In this document: in pieces, positions 21,401-30,400 of the stretch
How the letters are laid out: the number at the start of each line of letters is the position of its first letter
Numbering within the stretch: position 1 is the stretch's first letter
NCBI GenBank assembly: GCA_038998005.1
Contig: JAVZIY010000002.1
Location: forward strand, 1-31,995
Direction of reading: 5' to 3'
Length of the DNA stretch: 31,995 bases
Source of the DNA: Candidatus Aenigmatarchaeota archaeon
GTDB lineage: Archaea > Aenigmatarchaeota > Aenigmatarchaeia > CG10238-14 > SCSR01
The notes under the pieces: model-generated
What the model was told of the DNA's origin: nothing
Seen by the model: the letters and a program-made list of their open reading frames with translations, nothing else
The model's database searches: none
Program-made: the position numbers and the translations under genes

Positions 21401-24400
21401 ACTTATTGTTGTGCTATTTGCTTTATCATCAGCATAGGTTGTTGGATCATCTGTTGCGTTAAACATAAACTCCCAAACTTGATTTGCTCCATAATTTAAA
21501 TCATCACAAGTAAAGGTTCTTGTAAAGTTCAATACTTGACTTACTATACCAGAAGATTTTGTTAAGGGTGTACCAAACTGACTCCAAGCTTCCGTCCCTA
21601 CTCTTCTCCTCCACAACCAAACTCTTACATCATCTCTATCTTCATCAGTAACATTAATAGAAAAAGTATACCATTCTCCCCATCCCCCTTGAGTATTGTT
21701 TACACTTGGGTTTGTTAAGGTTGGAGCAGTTTCTATCCAGAAATTATTGTTTCCTGTTGTTTCGTAAGGATTGTAGTATTGTTTTGAAGAGTTGAACTTT
21801 ATGTTGTAAAATCTTGCAGGCATTATTGCTGGTGAAGAAGTGTTGAAAGTGCAGTTGTAATGTCCATCATTTTCATTTAGTACTGGGGAACAAATGAACT
21901 GTTGTCCAGTCTCAGAATGAATCGAAACAAAGTTTACGCTTACACTTTCGTTCAAAACTTCCCATGAGCAGTCTGAACTAACATAACCTCTAATTGTTAT
22001 ATTTTCTCCTCTTTTGTATTCAGTTCCACCTACTGGTTGTAAGATTGAATTACTTAAATCTCCTATTACATAAATTGTGAAATTGCTTGTTGTATTTGCA
22101 TCCAAATAACAAGAATCAGTAACTCCAGCTATCCAATACTGCTTTCCTACAGCATAACTACAATCTGGGTCGAAGTAATATGAAGCATTTCCTAAGTAGT
22201 CTGTTTGATTCTTTACATTCAATCTATAATTAGTAGAATCGTTTGTAACCCAGAAACTCACGTTAACATTAGGGGCATAGCTTGAATTTTCTATATCATA
22301 AACATTCACACCAAATCTCTTTATTTGATTTATTCCTGATGAACGATTCAGATAAGAATCGTTACCCTCTATGTAAGTAATACTCACAGTACTTTCAGTA
22401 ATATTAGGTCCTTGTACAGCCGAAGTGTTATAAGTATTTGCTGGTTCTCCATTCTGAATTTGCCATTTGAACCAATTATCTTCACCTATATCTTCGCAAT
22501 CAAAATCATGAACTTGAACGAAACATTTACCTTGTGTCGGAATTCCAGGATTTCCTTGAACAATATAACTTCCTTTATACTCCCAAGTTTGTTGATTATC
22601 CTTGCTAATAAACAATGAGCAGTTTATAGTATCTCCTTCCTGATCATAAATGTCAATAGAATAGTTGAATAATCTAGACCATCCTCCTTGACTTGGAGAA
22701 ACACTAGTATTTTCTGCAACACTATAAACATTTTCAAGCCAGAAGAAGTTTTCAAACATTGTTTCGTTCAGGTTATAATTTGGAAGCTTGCTTGCAGTCA
22801 GATTTATACTCCAATAACCTTCTTTTTTATTAGTTGAATCCCAAGTACAATTGTACCAACCATTGTACTCATTGTTTAAAGGCGAGCAAGTTTCCCATTC
22901 ACCATAAGGTGATCTTAATTCGATTTGAGCTAAAGGATAGGTCGCGTTTGCTATTAATCCTTCTTCTGAGCAGTCTGAAGTAGTGTTAAACCTTATCAAG
23001 ATTTGCTGAGTAACGTTAAAGATTTGTTGGTAATAAGGTTGCAAAAGATTAACTTTTATTTGTCCACTTATGTTATACTCTGGTGGAGCATAAGGTCCTC
23101 CTATCCTTTGAGTATAGTTTTCGCTGTAATAGCAATAATCTCCTGAAATTCCTCCGTCCCACTTTTGAATTCCTACAGAGTAAGAGCAGTCTGGGTCTAA
23201 GGTTATGTTTATATGGCCAGAGGAGTTTGTTTTCACATCATTCTTAACATTAAAGGTTGAGCCATCTTTTGTGAAGAAGAACGAAGCGTTTACTCCAGAA
23301 GGTAAGTATTCATCTTTATCTAAATCTTTTATCCTGAGAATAAAAGTCCCTTGTGTTGTTCCAATTTCCCTGTCGATTTTTGTTGGGCTTGAAACATACT
23401 CAACTTCTATGCTATTTGGGTTGATTATTATTCCTCCAGAACTTTCATTCTTATAGCCCCAATAATCGGAAATGTTTATCTTATAATTCCAACTTCCTAT
23501 TTTTCCACAATCAAAAGTTTGTAGGAAAGTTATCAGCTTTTGCGATTGGCATGTTGGCGCATAGCATAAAGTTGAATTAACAAGCTGATAGCCTGAGCCA
23601 AAATCTATCCATAAGCTTACATTCAACTTCTCGAAAGAATACGCTCCTTGGTCTAAATCTTGAACTATTGCTGAAAAGTTCCAAAGTTCGCCCCATCCAA
23701 AATTGTTATCGCTACCTAAGCATTCAGAGGCTCTGCATTTACTTGTTGGAATTAAAAGTGTTAAAGTAGGATTGGTTACTATAACAAATGAATCCTGCTT
23801 TTCAAAAATTTCAGAAGGTTCATAGTACTGCTTCGAAGCGTTTATTGTTAAGTTATGATAAGTCATTTGCCAATCTTCTGAAGGCATTCTTGAGCAAGAG
23901 TAAGTTCCGTTATTATAATCAGTTACTTCGCTCGGTAAGCAAGTTGAAGAAGGGTTAATTTCTTCTGGATAAGCTCTAAATTCAACGCTTGCTCCTTTTA
24001 CTCCACCACAATCATCGCTAACGTTTCCAACATAAGTTATCAAATCTACGTTTCTTCTAAAGCTTTGATTGTTAGGCGCAATAACGCTAACTTGTAGAGG
24101 ATAAGTTATTAAGGTTATGTAGAAATCATCACCATAAGTTGAAGTAGAGTTTGTTGCTTTGTATATTGTGCTAGTTGAACCAAACTCTGCCCTCCATCTT
24201 AAAGGACCAATTCCATAATTACATCTTGTTTCTGCTTTCGGGAAAGTGTGATTTACAAAACCTCCTGCCCCAATTTGAGGTATGCTTTCTTCTACAACAA
24301 AACTATTAGGATTGTTTGGGTCTGTAGTAACGTAAAACTTTATTGTTCCCGGTGTACCAACTCCTAACAAAACATTTCTGTCAGTATCATAAATTCTTAT

Positions 24401-27400
24401 GCTAAAAGTAACGTTTTCTTGATAAGGAGCTAAGCTTCTGTTTAGAATTGCAGAATTTCCTTCTACCAAAGTTATGTTTACATCATCCTTTTGTACAGTA
24501 AATGTAAGTAAGCTTGTGTTTGCTGTTCTTTCACCATCGCTTGTGTTGAAGAAGAATTCAAAGCTTACTCCTGCACAGGCTGAGCTAAATGCTGGCGAAG
24601 GATAGTTGAAAATTATATTACCTTGAGAAACACTTTGACTTCCTTTCAAGTAAAAGTCTGGCCATGCAGAAGCTTCTGGACATGCTGAAGGAGCAGGAGT
24701 TGTATTTCTAACCCATAACCTAACAGTGTTTACATCTAAGTCAGGATCACTCAAAGTAATGCTAAACTGCCAGGATTCGCCCCAACCTCCGTCTTGAGTA
24801 TAAGAAACGCTTGGGCTTGAAAGGCTTGGTTTTGTTACAACAAAGAAAGCGCATGGCGTTGGCGTGCATAAACCAGTAACTTCTGTCCAGCCTGGGTTGA
24901 ACCAGCTTACGTTAGAAGAGCTCATGTTAAGCTTGTAATTTCTTGTTGGCTTGCTCGCGTTGTTTATAAACAAGCAACTGTAATATCCATTACCTTCGTT
25001 TATCAAAGGTTCATCACAATAATATTTTCCTCCAGTTCCTGCATGTGTTGCTTCAAAAGTTACGTTCGCATTAGTTATTAAACCATCCTTTGCCGAGCAA
25101 TCTGTTGTTACATTTCCCCTGAAAGTTATGTTTTCTTCTTCTCTCACAAACCTATTCTTAGTTGAGTTTGGAGAAACAACATAATTTACTAGTTGGCCAA
25201 CAATTCCTATGCTAAACCTTTCACTTTCGTTGTAGTAATAGCACTCTCCACCAGCTCCTACAGAAGAATTGTAAAACGCGAACCATTGTTGATAGCCAAC
25301 ATCAAACTCGCAGCTTGGGTCAAAGTTGAAAGTAACATTTCCTGGAAGTGAAGCATAAGTTTGATTCGAGCCAACAAGAACATAGTTAGTTCCATCCTTA
25401 GTAACATTAAAGCTTATTCTTGCTTGGGCAGAGCCGTAAGAGCCTACTGCTTTATTTCTTACTGTATCAAAAACATAAACTTTTAAAGGTAAAAAGCCAG
25501 AGGCTCTTGTTATATTTGTATTATTTCCATAAACATAGGTTATTGTTATGTTATCCTTGGTTATTTCAGGTCCTGGAGTTGTTACTACAGAAGTTTGTCC
25601 TACTTCGTCTGTCAAGTTAAACCTGAACCAATTATCGTTTCCAACATCAAAATATGTTGAGTTGCAAGCATAAGGTTCAACAAGGGTAAAGCTACAGTTT
25701 TGCCATTGACTACTTCCAGAAATTATTGTTGAATTAACATAACGCCAAGTTAAACCATCATCTGTTGAAACAAATAAGCTACAATTAACTAAATCTAAGT
25801 CTGTATCTTTAACTTCTATGCTGAAGTTATACTTAGAACCCCATCCTCCTATGCTTGGAGTTACTTGTGGATTTTGATAGCTTGGAGGTAGGTTTGTTAG
25901 TTCGAACCAATCATAATAGTAAGTTGTGTTTGGTATAAAGTACTGCTTAGCACTACTCAAAATTATATCATAATATCCAGGAGGGTGGTAAATTGTATCG
26001 AAAGTACAATTATAAGTTCCGTTTTCCCAATCTTGCCAGGGATAGCAGTTTTCAATAGTGCTATCATCAGGTCTTCTAACTTTAATAGGATAGCTTATTC
26101 CTTCTGTTGAGTTTGGTACACCTGGACTTTCTTCATCTATATAGCCAGAGCAATCACTTTTTACATCAAGAATAATTGGTATTAAAGTTCCTGTTCCGTT
26201 AACCCAACCAGAGGGAGGATATTCTAAATTGCTATAGAGTTGGCCATAAACATAAACTGTTGCGTTTTGAGAAGAAGTAGAAGAATAGCAAGAATCTGTT
26301 AGCTCAACTTTCCACCATTGTCTTCCAGTATAGTAGCTACAGTTTGGATCGAAGTCATAAGTAAATAGTCCGTCAGAACCAGTAGTTAGAGGAATGAAAG
26401 AATCAAAGGTTGTTCTGTTTTTTGTTATGTAAATTCTTCCACTAATTCCTTGTTCAGTTACTGTTATTCCTTCTTTTGACCAATCTGTTATGCTTGCCTT
26501 TAATATAGAAGTTTCTATTCCTACTCTATTAACGCTTGAGCCATCTCCTTGTTCAATGGTTAAGGAAGCTAAGTCAGGAGAAAGAGCAAAGCTTTGAGTT
26601 GAGCTTTCTGCTCTAAATCTTTTATCACTTGAATAAAAGTTATCTGTTGCGTTAAATTTGAAAAATCTTGTTCCAATATTTTCACAAGAAAAGCTTTTCT
26701 CAAATTTTAGAGCATTTATTCCTATTCCTGTGCATGGTGGCGAACAAACTTGAGAACCAACATACTCCCATTGGCCAGTTAAGTTAACCCAGAAACTTAC
26801 GTTAACCAGGCTTCCTTGTTCTCCAAGATAATCTTCATCTTCAACACCAACCTCAAAGAACCATAAGTCTCCCCATCCACTTGTGTGATTACCAGTAGAA
26901 ACATAAGCTGAGCCTGTGGTAAGCTTTGGTCTTGAAGCTATGTATAAAGCATTCTGCTCAAACTCTTCTTCAGAAGAATTATAATAGCTTTTGCTTGCAT
27001 TAAAACTAACATTCCAATAACCATAATCTAGCTCAGGGTCCGAGTATAGAGTTGAGTTTGAAATTAGGCAACCATAAGTTCCGTTGTTATAGTCTATTAT
27101 CGTTCCTATTAAAGAGCAAACTTTTATTGTTTCTCCTCTGTACAGGTAAAAGTTTGCTGTCGATTGATTAACTCCTCCACAATCATCGCTAACATTTCCT
27201 ACAAGCAAAATAGAATCTGCTGGTATAGGAAATTTTATGAAAAGCTTTCCATTTTTTGGAGAGATATACTTAAAGGATAGGCTAACAGTAGTTATGTTTA
27301 TGAAAAACTCACTTGAGTTTGTTTCTTTGTAATGCAAATTATCACTAGTTATCCCAGCTTTCCATTTTTGTGGCCCTACAGAAAAGCTACATGTTGGATC

Positions 27401-30400
27401 AAATTGTGTTGCCGAAGTGTTTATGTAGCTGTTTTGAACTGAAGTAGTTCCAGTAAGAGGAACATAGTTTGAAGCTAAGTCAGTGGTAACCCAAATGCTT
27501 GCTCCGTCGCTCTTGAAAATTGGGTAAATTCCTCTATCAGCATCGTATACCCTAACAGTTAAAGTTTGAATTTGATTCCCAGTTCTGTTCACTACAGTAG
27601 TATTTCCAGCTATATGCTCAAGAATAATGTCATCTTTTTGATAAACAAAAGTTCCGTTACCAGTTTCGTTTATGTTTTGGGGGAAGTCTATTGAAGAATT
27701 TCCAAATATATCTTCTTTTTCACTAACGTTGAACTTGAAGGCATGCGGTCCTATTGGTGAGCTTCCGCCTAAGGCTACTGGGGATGGTAGTTTTAAAACA
27801 AAAGTTACTGTAGTATTTATTCCTTTTGCAGTTGTGTTAGTTGTGTTTCCTTCGCCACTTACTGGTTGTGCCCATTCGCCATCATCGCTTCTGTTTATGT
27901 AAAGGTTAACGTTTAAAGTGTCCTCATCTTCGTCAGTAACGTTAACCCAGAAAATCCAAGTTTCTCCCCATCCTCCATCTCCTATATGGCCAGTAGAGTT
28001 ATAAGAAACATAACTGAAGTCTGTTGTTAGTACTGGTTTGGTTTCAACCCAGAAACCTTTCTGCCAAATTTGAAAAATATCTGTTAGGGAAGAGGGGTTA
28101 AAGTAATCTTTACTCGCGTTAAAAGTAGCATTCCATCCTTTTGCTGAAAAATCACTTGTGTTTAAAGTACAGTTGTAATAACCATTTCCCAAACTTTCTA
28201 TTGGTGAACAATTTTTAACAGTTGAACCTTGAGTTAAAATGAAGCTTGTTTGAGCATCGCTTAAGCCACCTTCCACTGAACAATCACTTGTTATTCTTGC
28301 CGTCAAATTAACGTTTTGTCCATCAGGATAATTACTTCTCAAGTATTTTTCTCCTTTTGGAGAAATTATTTCAAGTATCAAGTCACCAATAACATCAACA
28401 GTGTAATTTTCTGTAGGTGTTGAGTTTGTGTATTTTGTTTCATAGCATACATCATCTATTACAGCAGCTATCCAGTACTGCTTTCCTGTTTGGTAGTAAG
28501 GTCCAGAACAATCTGGGTCAAAATCAAAATTGAAATAGCCAGAAGAATTTGTTTTAACAAAATACTGGTAATAGTTTGAAAAATCGTAAGTCATCCAAAT
28601 GCTTCCATTAGTATTTTCTAAAGGAACAGAATTTCTTGTCGTATCGTTAACTTTCAAAATTAATTTGGTTTTGTTTCCAATTGGATTGTTATCAGATCTA
28701 TTAACTTTTGCACCATTACCTTGAATCAAAGTTATGCTTATGCTGTTCTTAGTTATGTTTGGTCCCTGAGTTACTCCAAAAATTTCAGAAGTATTTACTT
28801 TGTTGAAAGTATCGTTTACTATAAAGTAAAAACTTGCGTTGCTTTGGTCTTGGCAAGTGAAATCATTAACTATAACGTTACATAAGCCAGGAGTTGAGGT
28901 TGTGTTTATTCCTTTAAAAACAAAGCTTCCAGTTGTGTTCACATAAAGCAGGCAAGTTACTTCATCATTTTCTTTATCGTTAACATAAACTGAATAGTTG
29001 AAAACCGAGCCCCAACCTGCTTGCTCAGGAGAAACTTCTATCTCAACAATTTCTGGGGCTAAGTTTTCTAACCAGAACCAATTAGTGAAGTTTGTGCTGT
29101 TTGAGTTGTAGTTTGTTTTTGAAACTTGAACGTTAATGGTCCAGTTTCCTTCTGGTTGGGAAGTTGAATTCCAAGTGCAATTGTAGTTTCCTTCAAAAAT
29201 CTCGTTTATATCTATGCAAGAAGAAGAATTTCCAAAGTTGTACAAGTTTAAAACATTGCTAACTCCTGTTATATTTCCAGAATCATAAGCCTCGCTTATA
29301 CCATAGCAATCAGAATAAACGCTCCATCTTATGTTTATCAAGTCTGAAACGTTAAATTCAGAGAACCTTTTAGGCAAGTACAAATTGCTTTTGAGTTGAC
29401 CTTTTATGGTAAAGCCTAATTCTGTTGAGTTTGTATCTGCATAACAATTATTATCTAAAATTCCAACCTTCCAGTATTGGTAGCTTGCTGCATAACTACA
29501 ATTTGGATCAAAGCTTACTTGCATGTAGCCAGAAGAGTTAACTGTTGCAAACCAGCCAGAATCCCAGGTTGGAGAAGAAGGCTCTTTTGTAAACCAGAAA
29601 TATCCTTTAACACTTTCTTGCGAGTCATCCAGCCAGGCATTTTTATCTGTATCGTTAACTCTAACAACAAAAACTCCTGTTCCTCCTTCCCTGTCAACAG
29701 AAGAAGGAGCCTGTATTGTATTGAAGCTTACATCATCTTTTTCAAGAGTTACTGTAAATGAAGAAGTTTCATTTTTAAGACCATAGCTGTCACTAACGTT
29801 AAGCTTAAGATAAATCGTTGAGCTTGAAAGATAGTCTGAGCATGTAAACTCTGGATTAAATATTATATCGCAACCAGAAGTGCAGTCAACTTTAATTTGC
29901 GAACTAACATAAACCCAATTTATTCCATTATAAGATTTCCATAAGCTTATGTTTAAAGTGTCTCCAGAATCAGCATCTAAAAGATAGGCATTTACAGTAA
30001 AATTATAGCCCCATCCTTCTTGTTCTGGAGATATTTGGTAGCTTGTAATGCTTGGTTTTCTTCTGATTTGGAAAGCATTTTGCTTTAAAGTGTAAGTATC
30101 GTTGAAATAGTTTTTGCTAGAGTTCATGCTTATATCATACCATCCAAGCAATCCACTCGTTCCAAAAGTACAGCTGTAGTTTCCATTCCCTAAGTCGTTA
30201 GCTGGCTCAGGATCGCAAGAATAATCACCTGGATAAACTCTAAATATTGTTGTTGCTCCTGGAATATTATTTAGGCATTCGTCTCTCAACCTTCCAATTA
30301 TCTGAATGTTTTCCCCTTCTGAATAAACTTCTCCGTTTGGCTGAAGGACTTGAGCATAAAATTCTGAATAAATGTTAACAGTAAAATTCTGGCTTTCACT

